The position numbers and the translations under genes are program-made. DNA of 64,000 nt, taken from contig OZ223209.1 of the NCBI GenBank assembly GCA_965140415.1, forward strand, positions 1,056,001-1,120,000, written 5' to 3'. The stretch is from Myxococcota bacterium (GTDB taxonomy: Bacteria; Myxococcota_A; SURF-8). Shown in pieces: positions 39,107 to 49,278 of this stretch (positions are counted from its first letter, which is position 1; the number at the start of each line of letters is the position of its first letter). The notes under the pieces were generated by a model that made no database searches, was not told where the DNA came from, and worked only from the letters and a program-made list of their open reading frames with translations.

Positions 39107-40003
39107 ATGTCAAACCGGTTTAAAATAGGGTTGTTTCTTCTACTTATCGTCACCTCGGCGAGTTGCTCGCAACAGGATCGACCGAAACAGGAGGCGAAGG
39201 AAACACGGTATCCGCAACGGATCGTATCCCACTTGCCGAGCCTGACCGAGATTGCATATGCTTTGGGAGCGGGAGATCGTGTTGTCGGTGTTTCGGACTT
39301 CTGTACTTTTCCGGAGGACGCGACACGCAAAACCCGGGTGGGTGGCATGATCAACCCTAATGTCGATGCGGTGCTGGGGTTGCGACCGGATCTGATCCTG
39401 CTTATGGACAATCAACAGGAACTGAAGGCTAAATACGTCAAACTCGGGTTGCCTGTACTGCGGGTGAAGACCGAGAAGTACAGAGACGTCATGCAAAGCA
39501 TTGGTATCATCGGAGAACGGCTCGGGCTCAAAACGGAGGCCGACAATCTAAATGCACGCATCGAAAAGGAGTTGGATACCATCCGCTCGAAAACGAAAGG
39601 TCACAAAAAGGTAAAGACGCTGATAATAATCGGACATGAATCCGGTTCGTTGCGTGATATCTGGACATCGGGAACAGGTTCGTTTCACGATGAAATGTTG
39701 GAAATCGCGGGCGGCGAAAACATGGTGGAGGATTCTCCGGCAAAATACCCGATGATTTCGAAAGAAGCGATTCTTCGCGCCTCGCCGGAGGCGATTGTCG
39801 TTTTGTTTCCCACTCCTATCTCGGAGGAGGACCGGCAAAAGGAAGTCGCCCTCTGGAAGCCATTGGGTTATATCGACGCCTACCAGAGCAACCGCATTTG
39901 CATTATCGGAGCGGACTGGGCGCACAAGCAGGGACCGAGAATGCCGGAAATCGCCAAAGCATTCTATGAATGTCTTCACGGGGCGAAGGAGAGTCAACGA
40001 TGA
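39107..40003 (+). CDS. btuF: Cobalamin ABC transporter substrate-binding protein
   Basis: PQRIVSHLPSLTEIAYALGAGDRVVGVSDFCTFP and LRPDLIL. Confidence 0.88.
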   Translation: MSNRFKIGLFLLLIVTSASCSQQDRPKQEAKETRYPQRIVSHLPSLTEIAYALGAGDRVVGVSDFCTFPEDATRKTRVGGMINPNVDAVLGLRPDLILLMDNQQELKAKYVKLGLPVLRVKTEKYRDVMQSIGIIGERLGLKTEADNLNARIEKELDTIRSKTKGHKKVKTLIIIGHESGSLRDIWTSGTGSFHDEMLEIAGGENMVEDSPAKYPMISKEAILRASPEAIVVLFPTPISEEDRQKEVALWKPLGYIDAYQSNRICIIGADWAHKQGPRMPEIAKAFYECLHGAKESQR

Positions 40004-40794
40004 ACACTTCCGTATTGTCCGCGAATAAGATAAACGCGGGATATGGCTCGAAAACGATTTTACAAGAGGTCTCCATTGATTTGGCCAGAGGAGAGTTTCT
40101 TGCAATCGTTGGACCGAACGGATCGGGCAAGTCCACACTAATGAAAAGCCTGATAGGATTTGTCCAGGTGGACAGCGGTGAGATTCGATACGGGGAACGG
40201 CAGATGAATTCGCTCCGACGACAGGAAGCGGCCCGGCATGTCGCCTTTCTTCCCCAAAGTACGACCTTCCACTTTCCATACCGCGTATTCGATTATGTTT
40301 TGCTTGGTCGCAGACCGTACCAGGGACTATTTCGTTCGCTGACTGACGAAGATCGAGCTGCGGTCGAGCAGGCCATGCACAGAACGGAAGTCTGGAATTT
40401 ACGCAATCGGATCGTAACGGAGCTTTCCGGTGGGGAACGCCAGAGAGTTGTACTTGCATCTGCTTTCGCGCAGCAAACCGCCGTTCTCCTTCTCGACGAA
40501 CCAACCAATTCCCTCGATTTGCGACATCAACTGCGAGTGTACGAACTGTTATCGGAAATGAAAGAAGAATGCGGACTCGCCGTGATGGCGGTCACACACG
40601 ATCTCAACCTGGCGGCACTGCACGCGGACCGGATTATCGTGATGAGCGAGGGGCAGATCGTGAAGCAGGGAACTCCTGATGCCATTCTATCAGCCGATCT
40701 GTTGCTGGATCACTTTGGAATTGAATCGACCGTGCGGGTCGATTCCGTCACACAACGACCCTATGTTCAATCACACCGAAGCATCTCGATATGA
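40000..40794 (+). CDS. btuD: Cobalamin/siderophore ABC transporter ATPase
   Basis: GPNGSGKST, LSGGERQR, LLLDEPT and THDLNLA. Confidence 0.9.
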   Translation: MNTSVLSANKINAGYGSKTILQEVSIDLARGEFLAIVGPNGSGKSTLMKSLIGFVQVDSGEIRYGERQMNSLRRQEAARHVAFLPQSTTFHFPYRVFDYVLLGRRPYQGLFRSLTDEDRAAVEQAMHRTEVWNLRNRIVTELSGGERQRVVLASAFAQQTAVLLLDEPTNSLDLRHQLRVYELLSEMKEECGLAVMAVTHDLNLAALHADRIIVMSEGQIVKQGTPDAILSADLLLDHFGIESTVRVDSVTQRPYVQSHRSISI

Positions 40795-41819
40795 CACCTA
40801 CCACTGCATCCAAACGAGTCTGGCTCAAGATTGCCGTTATTGCCGTCTTGAGTGTTACCGCCATTGTCATGGCCCCGCTGATCGGCGGGACACCGATCGA
40901 TGTTTCGGCGGCCTTTTCCAATATCCACAACATCCAGGGGAATCTGGACGCCAGCATACTGTTTGTCACGCGCCTTCCAAGGGTAGTTCTGGGCGCGTTG
41001 GCGGGTGTCGCTTTGGCAATGTCAGGTGTTGTTTTCCAGGCTCTACTTAGAAATCCACTTGCAACCCCCTATACATTAGGAGTTTCAAGTGGCGGTGCGG
41101 TCGGAGCCGTACTCGCCATCAAACTGGGGTTGGATATTTCACTGTTCGGCTTCTCAACGATCCCGATCTTTTCGCTTCTTGGAAGCGGTGGGACAATTCT
41201 GCTCGTGTACATGCTTGCAAGAACCCGGAATCGCCTTCCAACGACGGTGCTTCTCCTGGCGGGCGTGGCGGTTAGTTTCTTTTACTCTGCCTTGATTCTC
41301 TTTGCTCACTACTTGGCCGACTTCACCGAGAGCCATAAAATGATGCGCTGGATGATGGGTGGACTCGACATCATCGGCTATGACTCCATCATTAGCCTGT
41401 TGCCACTTTGGGGTGCGGGGTTGCTCTGGATTATTTTGCGATCCCGCGATCTGGATCAACTCTCTTTCGGCGGTCTGGCCGCCCACAGTCGTGGCGTCAA
41501 CGTCACACGGTCCCAGAAATCCCTGTACATTGCCTCATCGTTGCTTGTCAGTTCGGTGGTTTGTGTCGCCGGTCCCATTGGTTTCGTCGGGCTGATTGTT
41601 CCGCACAGCATCCGATTCATCCTCGGTCCCTCTCACGGACCGCTATTGATAGGAAGCGCTTTTGCAGGAGCAGGGTTCCTTGTGATATGCGATACATTCG
41701 CACGTACGATCATGGCCCCCATGGAGTTGCCAATCGGTGTCCTGACCGCTCTTATCGGCGGTCCGTTCTTTATCGGACTGCTATTCAGGGAAAAAGGAAA
41801 GCATGGTTTTGAGGATTGA
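40791..41819 (+). CDS. btuC: Cobalamin/siderophore ABC transporter permease (FecCD family)
   Basis: RLPRV, QALLRNPLATPYTLGVSSG, GPIGFVGLIVPH and ELPIGVLTALIGGPFF. Confidence 0.92.
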   Translation: MTPTTASKRVWLKIAVIAVLSVTAIVMAPLIGGTPIDVSAAFSNIHNIQGNLDASILFVTRLPRVVLGALAGVALAMSGVVFQALLRNPLATPYTLGVSSGGAVGAVLAIKLGLDISLFGFSTIPIFSLLGSGGTILLVYMLARTRNRLPTTVLLLAGVAVSFFYSALILFAHYLADFTESHKMMRWMMGGLDIIGYDSIISLLPLWGAGLLWIILRSRDLDQLSFGGLAAHSRGVNVTRSQKSLYIASSLLVSSVVCVAGPIGFVGLIVPHSIRFILGPSHGPLLIGSAFAGAGFLVICDTFARTIMAPMELPIGVLTALIGGPFFIGLLFREKGKHGFED

Positions 41820-41957
41820 ACATTACGTGGTGTTCGTGTTTCTTGTATTTGCTTTTTCGGCTTGCGAGAAAGAAGCAAGCATTTCCCAACCAGCAAACGG
41901 TCTAAATCGCCAATCGTATCGAGTTGCTTGTTCTCGGCATTTCCATGAAAGTCCAAG

Positions 41958-43508
41958 ATGATGGGTAAAGACGAGAAGAGATATCTTGGATCATGTGTAA
42001 GCATTCTCGGTACAGGCTCCGATGTGGGGAAGAGTATCGTCGCCACAGCCATCTGCCGTATCCTGAAAAACGACGGTATTCGGGTAGCGCCGTTCAAGGC
42101 CCAGAACATGTCCAACAACTCCTGGGTGACGAGTGAAGGGCTTGAGATGGGCCGCGCACAGGTCGTACAGGCCCAAGCTGCGGGTGTCGATCCTCACGTG
42201 GATATGAACCCGGTGTTATTGAAACCGAGTTCGGACACCGGATCGCAGGTTGTTCTGATGGGTAAAGCTCTGGGTAACTCAGAGGCATCAGATTACTTTC
42301 ATGACACGAACAACCTATTCGACCACGCTCGAAAAGCACTTACACGTTTGCAGAATGCCTATGACGTCGTCGTTATGGAGGGCGCTGGCTCATGCGCCGA
42401 AGTCAATCTTCGCTCACGGGATTTCGTCAACTTCAAGATAGCTCACGCAGTGGATGCGCCGGTGATTCTGGTGGCTGACATCGACCGTGGCGGTGTCTTC
42501 GCACAAATCATCGGCACACTGGCCGTACTTTCCGAGCGCGACCACAAACGAATCAAGGGGTTCATCATCAACCGCTTTCGTGGCGATGCAGAATTGTTTA
42601 CGGACGGCATTCAATACATCGAGGAAAAGACCGGCCTTCCCGTGCTTGGCTTGATTCCGTACTTCCATCACATCGATATCGACTCCGAAGACGGCCTGCC
42701 GTTGGACGTAAAAATCGACCCCAAGGAACTCCTCGAACCTTCTCGCATGAACATCGCCGTGTTGCGCCTGCCGCATATTTCGAACTTCACTGATTTCAAT
42801 CCGCTTGCCCGAGAAGCAAACGTGCGACTCGACTACCTCTCAAGACCTCGCTTACTTGAAGGATATGATATTGTATTTCTACCGGGATCGAAAAACGTGC
42901 GCTTTGACGCCGATTGGTTGAGGAATACGGGATGGGCTCCGAACCTGTGTACCTATGCAAATGATGGTGGTCGCATTGGCGGCATTTGTGGCGGCTATCA
43001 GATTCTCGGTAAACGCATTCTCGATCCGCACGGCGTTGAGGGTACGCCGGGTGAAACAAAGGGACTTGGGTTACTGGATGTCGATACGACGTTGGAAAAG
43101 GAAAAGACGCTTACCCGTATTCGGGGGCACTGGAAGGAAAACGGAGAGGCGCTTGACGCATACGAAATCCACATGGGACGTACCACAGGGGAAGACGCTC
43201 AGCGGCCACCGGTAGGTATTATCAACCGCAACGACTTACCATGCGAGGATCGGGATGGAGCGCAGACGGCGGACGGTCGCATCTGGGGAACCTATTTGCA
43301 CGGCCTGTTCGACAGTCCAGGCTTCCGGCGTGCCTGGCTGGAAGAATTCGGTAAATTTGCCGGGAGTATAGAAACAGCAAAGGGCATTCAAGAGATCGAT
43401 GCCTATCGCGAAGAGCAGTACAACCTTCTTGATGCGCACTTCCGCAAGTATTTAGACGTGAGACAACTATTTGACATTATGGGCATCGGGGAGCGACGGC
43501 ACGGATGA
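41958..43508 (+). CDS. cobQ: Cobyric acid synthase
   Basis: GTGSDVGKS, PFKAQNMSNNS, EGAGSCAEVNL, ISNFTDF, GICGGYQILG, YEIHMG and GTYLHGLF. Confidence 0.95.
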   Translation: MMGKDEKRYLGSCVSILGTGSDVGKSIVATAICRILKNDGIRVAPFKAQNMSNNSWVTSEGLEMGRAQVVQAQAAGVDPHVDMNPVLLKPSSDTGSQVVLMGKALGNSEASDYFHDTNNLFDHARKALTRLQNAYDVVVMEGAGSCAEVNLRSRDFVNFKIAHAVDAPVILVADIDRGGVFAQIIGTLAVLSERDHKRIKGFIINRFRGDAELFTDGIQYIEEKTGLPVLGLIPYFHHIDIDSEDGLPLDVKIDPKELLEPSRMNIAVLRLPHISNFTDFNPLAREANVRLDYLSRPRLLEGYDIVFLPGSKNVRFDADWLRNTGWAPNLCTYANDGGRIGGICGGYQILGKRILDPHGVEGTPGETKGLGLLDVDTTLEKEKTLTRIRGHWKENGEALDAYEIHMGRTTGEDAQRPPVGIINRNDLPCEDRDGAQTADGRIWGTYLHGLFDSPGFRRAWLEEFGKFAGSIETAKGIQEIDAYREEQYNLLDAHFRKYLDVRQLFDIMGIGERRHG

Positions 43509-43579
43509 GACTGGCGATTTGCGCGGCCAATAATGTCCTTCGAAGTGTTGCTAATTACAAGGAAGGCTAACCGCGAGTG

Positions 43580-44994
43580 CGTGCGTCCCGAAATCTCCGT
43601 CCAAGCTGAAGTTACTTGCATTTTCGTGATCTCTTGGCAAAGCTGTTTTGCATGAAACTCTTGCTCATGATCTTGGTATTGGCCGCCCTGAATCTCTTCC
43701 TATTCGTTTATGTCCATCGGAAACTGATCCTGCTCGTCGCCTTGCAACGCCAGCAACTGGCCGTTTACAAGCGGAGGATCAAACGACCGAGGTTCAAAGA
43801 ACGGGACCGACTTTTCTGGAACGCTTTGACAAAGATCTGGTCGGACTGGAAAGAGCATCTGGTCATTGTCAAACCGGAGACGGTCATCCGTTGGCGTCGC
43901 CGGAAATTCAAGGACTACTGGCGAAAGTTATCAAAGTCAGAAAAGATGATCGGTAGACCGCCCATCACGAGAGAACATATTGTGTTCATCAAACGGATTT
44001 CCACGGATCACCCGGACTACAGTGGAAAACGAATCGCCGGGATGCTAAAAGAACTTTTCGGTGTCGATCACGCTCCAAGTACTGTAGATCGCTACCGGGT
44101 CAAGCTGCCGAAACCGCCCCGTGGAAACCAGCAGTGGAGCACCTTTCTCAAGAATCATGCTTCGGTCATCTGGTCCTTCGATTTCTGTGTCCAGTTCACT
44201 TTCTTCTTCGCCCGGATTTACATCCTGATCATTATTGAACTGGAAAGTCGAAAAATCGTTCACCTCGCTGTGACCTTGCACCCAACCTTGGACTGGCTCA
44301 AACAGCAGATTCGCAACGCCACTTGGGATGATTGCCCTAAGTTTCTGATTCACGACAACGACGGCATCTTCGGACAGTTGGGAAAACCAGTGACAGTTCA
44401 ATTCAAGGGGAAATCGGTTTCTTGCCGCTCGTCGCTGGACTATTGGTTGGTCACGATTATGGGTATCCGGGGAATTCCAACCCCATTCCAAGCGCCCAAT
44501 GCCAACTCCCATTGCGAGCGCGTCGTCGGCACGCTACGCCTGGAGTGCCTGGACCACATGCTCTTTCTCAATGAATGGCATCTGATGAGGGTGCTTCGGG
44601 AATACAAAGAGTATTACAATCACGAGCGTTACCATCAAGGTATCAAGCGGATTCCAAATCCAGCCGCAAACATTGCTGATAGCCGGAACCTTGAAGGTCA
44701 GGGTAAGTTGGTCTCCAAACCGATACTGAACGGATTGCATCACAGCTATCGGCTGGCGGCCTGACTCATTCCGGCTTCCTGCTGGATGATTCCTAGGTCG
44801 GCCCGGCATCGAAACCGATGGACAGGTCTGACCCAATCTCGTCATTTTCGCTTTTCAAGGAACAATTCAGGCAGGGGCGACACTGATTTGGCTCACCAAT
44901 ATCGCTTTCTTCCGTCCCTTCCAAGCTCATGACGTCGTCTCTCACCAGTCATTCATCACCGGATCATGCCCGGATAGAGTTTTCGGGACACACG
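43580..44994 (+). mobile_element. Insertion sequence with rve (integrase-core) transposase
   Basis: Imperfect 23-bp terminal inverted repeats: CGTGCGTCCCGAAATCTCCGTCC (43580) and GGATAGAGTTTTCGGGACACACG (44972-44994). Confidence 0.8.
43652..44764 (+). CDS. Integrase core domain transposase
   Basis: IVKPETVIRW, GRPP, DF, IHDND and PNANSHCER...LRLECLD, YYNHERYHQG. Confidence 0.92.
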   Translation: MKLLLMILVLAALNLFLFVYVHRKLILLVALQRQQLAVYKRRIKRPRFKERDRLFWNALTKIWSDWKEHLVIVKPETVIRWRRRKFKDYWRKLSKSEKMIGRPPITREHIVFIKRISTDHPDYSGKRIAGMLKELFGVDHAPSTVDRYRVKLPKPPRGNQQWSTFLKNHASVIWSFDFCVQFTFFFARIYILIIIELESRKIVHLAVTLHPTLDWLKQQIRNATWDDCPKFLIHDNDGIFGQLGKPVTVQFKGKSVSCRSSLDYWLVTIMGIRGIPTPFQAPNANSHCERVVGTLRLECLDHMLFLNEWHLMRVLREYKEYYNHERYHQGIKRIPNPAANIADSRNLEGQGKLVSKPILNGLHHSYRLAA

Positions 44995-44998
44995 GCGG

Positions 44999-45775
44999 TT
45001 ATCCAACTTCATCCTTTATCTTCAAAACCTCAAACCGGTTTTCGAGGAATAGCCTAGCGAGCTTTGGGTCGAAATGCGTTCCGCTATCGTCCATGATGAT
45101 CTGAAAAGCATCATCCACGGGAAATGGTTCTTTATAAGGCCGTCGCGATGTCAAAGCGTCGAAAACGTCAGCCACGGCGGCGATTCGACCGACGATGGGA
45201 ATCTGAGTGCCCTTGAGTCCTTTAGGGTATCCGGATCCGTTCCATTTTTCGTGATGACTCAAGGCAATCTGATTCGCCCACTGCAAAACAAGCGCATCGG
45301 ATTCACCTAAAATCTGCGCCCCGATGATCGTGTGCGATTTGATGATATCGAATTCTTCTTTCGTTAGTCTTCCTTTTTTCAGCAGGATCGCATCCGGTAT
45401 GCCAATCTTGCCTACATCATGCATTGGTGCAGCCAGAAGAATCGCTTCAACATGCGCTTTTTCAAAACCTAGTTTCTCAGCCAGCATGGCGGAGTACCGG
45501 CTCATACGAACGATATGATCGCCTGTATCTTCATCCCTGTATTCAGCCGCTGTGACCAGTCTTTGAATGGTGGCCGCGTAGGATCCCTGCAAAGCCTGGT
45601 GCGCGGCTTGCAAAGCGGTGTTGGTTTCGTTCAATTCTCTTGCGTATATCTGTAATTGTTCGTTGGCTCGTTGAAGTTCCTCCCGCTTCTTTTTTTCGGA
45701 CTGATAGACGCGAGAAAGATCTTCAGCGTATTTGGATAGTTGGTCGTTTTTGGGGGTTAGGGTATCGTCAGGCAT
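44999..45775 (-). CDS. HD-GYP c-di-GMP phosphodiesterase (RpfG-like)
   Basis: EYRDEDTGDHIVRM, HDVGKIGIPD, HHEKWNGSGYP and ADVFDALTSRRPYK. Confidence 0.93.
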   Translation of the reverse strand: MPDDTLTPKNDQLSKYAEDLSRVYQSEKKKREELQRANEQLQIYARELNETNTALQAAHQALQGSYAATIQRLVTAAEYRDEDTGDHIVRMSRYSAMLAEKLGFEKAHVEAILLAAPMHDVGKIGIPDAILLKKGRLTKEEFDIIKSHTIIGAQILGESDALVLQWANQIALSHHEKWNGSGYPKGLKGTQIPIVGRIAAVADVFDALTSRRPYKEPFPVDDAFQIIMDDSGTHFDPKLARLFLENRFEVLKIKDEVG

Positions 45776-46685
45776 CGGCTGCTTCCTCTTTCTGGCGAGG
45801 CTTGTAGATATCTACTTCAGACTTCAGTCGTCCGCTACGAATGTAGCTCTGAACCCGATCCAAATAATTATTGGTAATCACCGTATCTGCACCAAGCAGT
45901 TTGACTCCATCAGTTGTAATGACTGGTTCAGCAAGAATCATTCCCTCGCGCAGTGTTTCCATTGCTATGCGCAGCTTCTCCTTAAATGGATCATCATCGC
46001 CAACAATCAGTCGTTTGAACTCAATAAATACCTCTGGATCGAAAGCAATGCCTGCATCTTTTGCCAATTGTTCGATCACTCTATCGGGAGAGATGCGGGA
46101 CGCTTTGACATTCCGATGGATGTCGTAGTGATCCACCACCGTTAATATCCGGCTCTCCAAAGGAATGGCGGTGCTTTTTAGGCGGTTGGGAAAGCCGGTT
46201 CCGTTGAAATATTCATGATGGGCTGCGATGATACTGGCGACATTCTTAAATCTTTCCGACGAGGCGATGGGGCGAATATGGACAACGGGATGCTTCACAT
46301 ACATTTCCGGAAGCTTTTTAACGTCAGTGGAATAAAATAACAGTATTTTGCGCGGGGGTATACCGATCAGTTCGATATCATGCAGCAGGGCGGCAATTTT
46401 CAGGTCATTCAATCGCAGATTGCCTATCTCCAGGCGCTTGCCAAGCAGATCCGCATAATACGCCACGCGTCTGCAATGACCGCCGAGAAATTCATCGTAA
46501 AGGTTGATCAAATCGAAGCCCATCAGAACCGTTTCGTAGTAGTTCTCTTCAAGCTCCCGCTGCGTTTCCTGAAGACGACGGTTTTCCTCTTTGAGTTCCT
46601 TGTAGACTCGCGAAACATCTTCGGCGTACTTGACCAATTGCTGATGAATAATCTTGTCTTCGTTGCTTTCCGGCATGGTTGCCAC
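45768..46685 (-). CDS. Degenerate HD-GYP domain protein
   Basis: HCRRVA, HDIELIG, HHEYFNGTGFP and VVDHYD; C-terminal LREGMILAEPV segment. Confidence 0.8.
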   Translation of the reverse strand: MATMPESNEDKIIHQQLVKYAEDVSRVYKELKEENRRLQETQRELEENYYETVLMGFDLINLYDEFLGGHCRRVAYYADLLGKRLEIGNLRLNDLKIAALLHDIELIGIPPRKILLFYSTDVKKLPEMYVKHPVVHIRPIASSERFKNVASIIAAHHEYFNGTGFPNRLKSTAIPLESRILTVVDHYDIHRNVKASRISPDRVIEQLAKDAGIAFDPEVFIEFKRLIVGDDDPFKEKLRIAMETLREGMILAEPVITTDGVKLLGADTVITNNYLDRVQSYIRSGRLKSEVDIYKPRQKEEAADA

Positions 46686-46688
46686 CCG

Positions 46689-46940
46689 TTATTGTTCGAG
46701 CACTTCGTCCACCTTGCGCATCAGATCGAGTGGACTGAATGGTTTGGCGAAATAATCGTCTGCGCCCGCCTTGAACCCGGCCTCGCGGTCCGCTTCCTGG
46801 CCTTTTGCCGTCAGCATGACGATTTTGCAGTCCTGCAGCGATTTCTCGGCTTTGATGCTGGAAGTTGCCTGCAGACCGTCCATCCCGCCCGGCATCATCA
46901 CGTCCATGATGATCAGATTCGGGCGATGACGCTTGGCCAT
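46689..46940 (-). pseudogene. 5'-truncated response regulator receiver
   Basis: RPNLIIMDVMMP, MLTA and GADDYFAKPFSP present, but the N-terminal acidic-pair strand is missing; abuts the IS end at about 46941. Confidence 0.75.
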
Positions 46941-48484
46941 AGTAACAGAGTGAAAGTGATAACTGGTGGAAAACAGTAGGGAAAGATGGTGGAGGGAAAG
47001 ATGCCGGAGTTGGAAGTGTCTCCGTGGTTTTCAGAAGCTAGAGTGTGACATCGGGTGGGCGGAAACCAGGTTTCCATAAAGCAGTTGCAGAAAAGTTACA
47101 TTCTAAGTATTTGGCAATGCTCATGATTCTCAATTTTCGTCGAATCGTCGTTTTGGTCTCGATTTTGGTCATAAGCAATGTCATCTCACAATCCATTTTC
47201 GTTCAATTCCTGTGAGTTTTCGCTTTTCAGGCATACCAACCCATCAGCGATCCACTCGCAATTTTGCAATCCTATTGCATAATAGCCGATCCGGAGTTCT
47301 CTCAGGCGGCCTTTTTCTCTTCGTCTACCCAACGATAGCCAACCAGCTTACCACCCGCAAACTCGACACTTTCGAGCCGCTTATCGCGTACATCGTCGAT
47401 ACGGGTTACGTCGCTAATCCGTTTACCGGAAGCGAACTCGGTCGGTGTCATGCCGTTCAGGGTTTGATGAGCACGGTAGTCGTTGAACCAGGTCTGGTAC
47501 TCGTCGAGAAAATTCTGTAGTTCCTCAACCGTCCCTGCTCTGATATGGTTGACCAATTCGTATTTGACGCTTTGCACGGATCGTTCGGCGTAACAATTCA
47601 TGGTCGGATATCTCGGTGGAGATTTCAATTCCTTGATCTCGGTCACAGCCAGCAGTCGTATGACCTGACCTTTGAAAAGCGGATCGCGATCATGCACAAT
47701 CTTCTGTGGACGTCGCTTCCATTTTCGGAATACATCGACCAGTGCTCCGGCCACTCCGTATGAATCCATGAATCGACGACCTTCAAAGACTCGAAGTTCC
47801 AGAAGCTCTTTTGTAAAGGTGTCGCAAACCAACAGCACAGCGACTTCCGTTCCTTTACGAAGATGAGTGAAGAAAAAATCGATTGCCCACACTTCGTCCT
47901 TGAAGGTTCCTGCCCACTTCTCCCATTTCGATCTACGATCATCAATCGGATGCAGGCCATGTTCTTTCAAGATTTTGGAGACGGTATAGATGGACACCCG
48001 AATCCCCATACGACCCAGCGTCTCTGATATTTTCGGACTACCAAACCTCGGATTCTCCCGCTTAATCCTCAGCACCCATTTAACGATCACCTCGTCTACC
48101 GGCGGTCGACCCATTCGTTTCTTCTGTTTCGTAAAAGGATGTCGGAATCGTGTAGCCCATGTCTTGATCGTTGTCGGGCTGGAACCAAGGAACTTATCGA
48201 TAAAGAGTTTGTTTCCTCGTGTAAGCAAGTAGGCATAGACCTGAGATAATCGGGTGGAAATCGTCATCGGGGTTCGCTTGTTTCGAGCCTTATGCAACTC
48301 CTTCCGCAACGATTCATTGACGGCCTTGAGAGCCAGGTTCTCAGAGTAGAGTCGGCGAAGTTCATTTGGATGGGGCGAATAGCCAATTTTCGAGAGTTGA
48401 TCAACGAGTAATATCAAGGGCCAGTAAAGGCAAAATCGAAACAGGGTCATAAAGCAACTTTCCAGTAAAACGGTTCAGGTTACT
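46941..48484 (-). mobile_element. Insertion sequence with rve transposase (approximate ends)
   Basis: Ends AGTAAC (46941) and GTTACT (48479-48484) show only weak inverted similarity; the left end coincides with the REC truncation. Confidence 0.55.
47302..48450 (-). CDS. Integrase core domain transposase
   Basis: GRPP, ENPRFGSPKI, WAIDFF, VHDRD, PTMNCYAER and FNDYRAHQTL..TP. Confidence 0.92.
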   Translation of the reverse strand: MTLFRFCLYWPLILLVDQLSKIGYSPHPNELRRLYSENLALKAVNESLRKELHKARNKRTPMTISTRLSQVYAYLLTRGNKLFIDKFLGSSPTTIKTWATRFRHPFTKQKKRMGRPPVDEVIVKWVLRIKRENPRFGSPKISETLGRMGIRVSIYTVSKILKEHGLHPIDDRRSKWEKWAGTFKDEVWAIDFFFTHLRKGTEVAVLLVCDTFTKELLELRVFEGRRFMDSYGVAGALVDVFRKWKRRPQKIVHDRDPLFKGQVIRLLAVTEIKELKSPPRYPTMNCYAERSVQSVKYELVNHIRAGTVEELQNFLDEYQTWFNDYRAHQTLNGMTPTEFASGKRISDVTRIDDVRDKRLESVEFAGGKLVGYRWVDEEKKAA

Positions 48485-48534
48485 GATCGTGTTCAAGGCG
48501 ACGAGGAGTATCGAGTAATGAAGTGTGGCAGGCA

Positions 48535-49278
48535 CTATTCCAGTAATTTAAGAAGTTCGTCATCCAAACCGTAACGAACAACGTCGATTGCATTGCTCTG
48601 CTGTGAGACAAAATCACCTGTCAATTCGGGAAGATGAAATGGGAAAAATGCTGGATTGTCTTTCAACAGCTCGAATGCGATCTTGCCTTCTTTTGTTGTG
48701 TGAAGAGCTGATTCATAGAGAAGTATTGTGAGATTTGGATCACTGATTCCCACTGTTTTGCTTTTTTTATAGCAACCTTTTGCCTTGGCATCCTTTAGAA
48801 CACCCCAAGCAACAAAGGACCTGATTGCATAACGGGCATTCCTGGCGACTGTTTCCCTATCACCATATTGTTCCTTGAGACGAGAGAACACCTGTGCCTG
48901 CGTAATCTGATCCTGCAAGTTAAAAAGCCTTCCTGTCTGCTTTGCCACATTAAACCAGAAAGGATAAGATGCAGAGATTACGGCCCAATGGTATGGAAGC
49001 CAGTTTTGGGGATTTTCATGGCGAATAAGTTCAAGAGCATGATCCCTGAAGGGGGTTAACTCTTTGTCCGGTGCAAACCACGAAGCGAGAAAATGAATAA
49101 CAAACTGATGAGTTTGGGGAGCACTTCCATTATATGGTTTTTCTATTGCCAAATATCCCTTTAATTCAGCACGAATCTCTTTTTCCGAAAGACCTGCCAA
49201 CATCATTTTGACAGCATAGTCCATCCATTGTTTTTGAATGGTCTGCTTGATGCCTAGTTTCTCGTGCCTTTTGATCAT
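48535..49278 (-). CDS. BREX type 3 associated protein (BrxA-like)
   Basis: TAATG-coupled downstream of pglZ, the brxA position in BREX-3; YPFW...YGDRETV.R.ARYAIRSFVAWG, FFPF. Confidence 0.6.
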   Translation of the reverse strand: MIKRHEKLGIKQTIQKQWMDYAVKMMLAGLSEKEIRAELKGYLAIEKPYNGSAPQTHQFVIHFLASWFAPDKELTPFRDHALELIRHENPQNWLPYHWAVISASYPFWFNVAKQTGRLFNLQDQITQAQVFSRLKEQYGDRETVARNARYAIRSFVAWGVLKDAKAKGCYKKSKTVGISDPNLTILLYESALHTTKEGKIAFELLKDNPAFFPFHLPELTGDFVSQQSNAIDVVRYGLDDELLKLLE

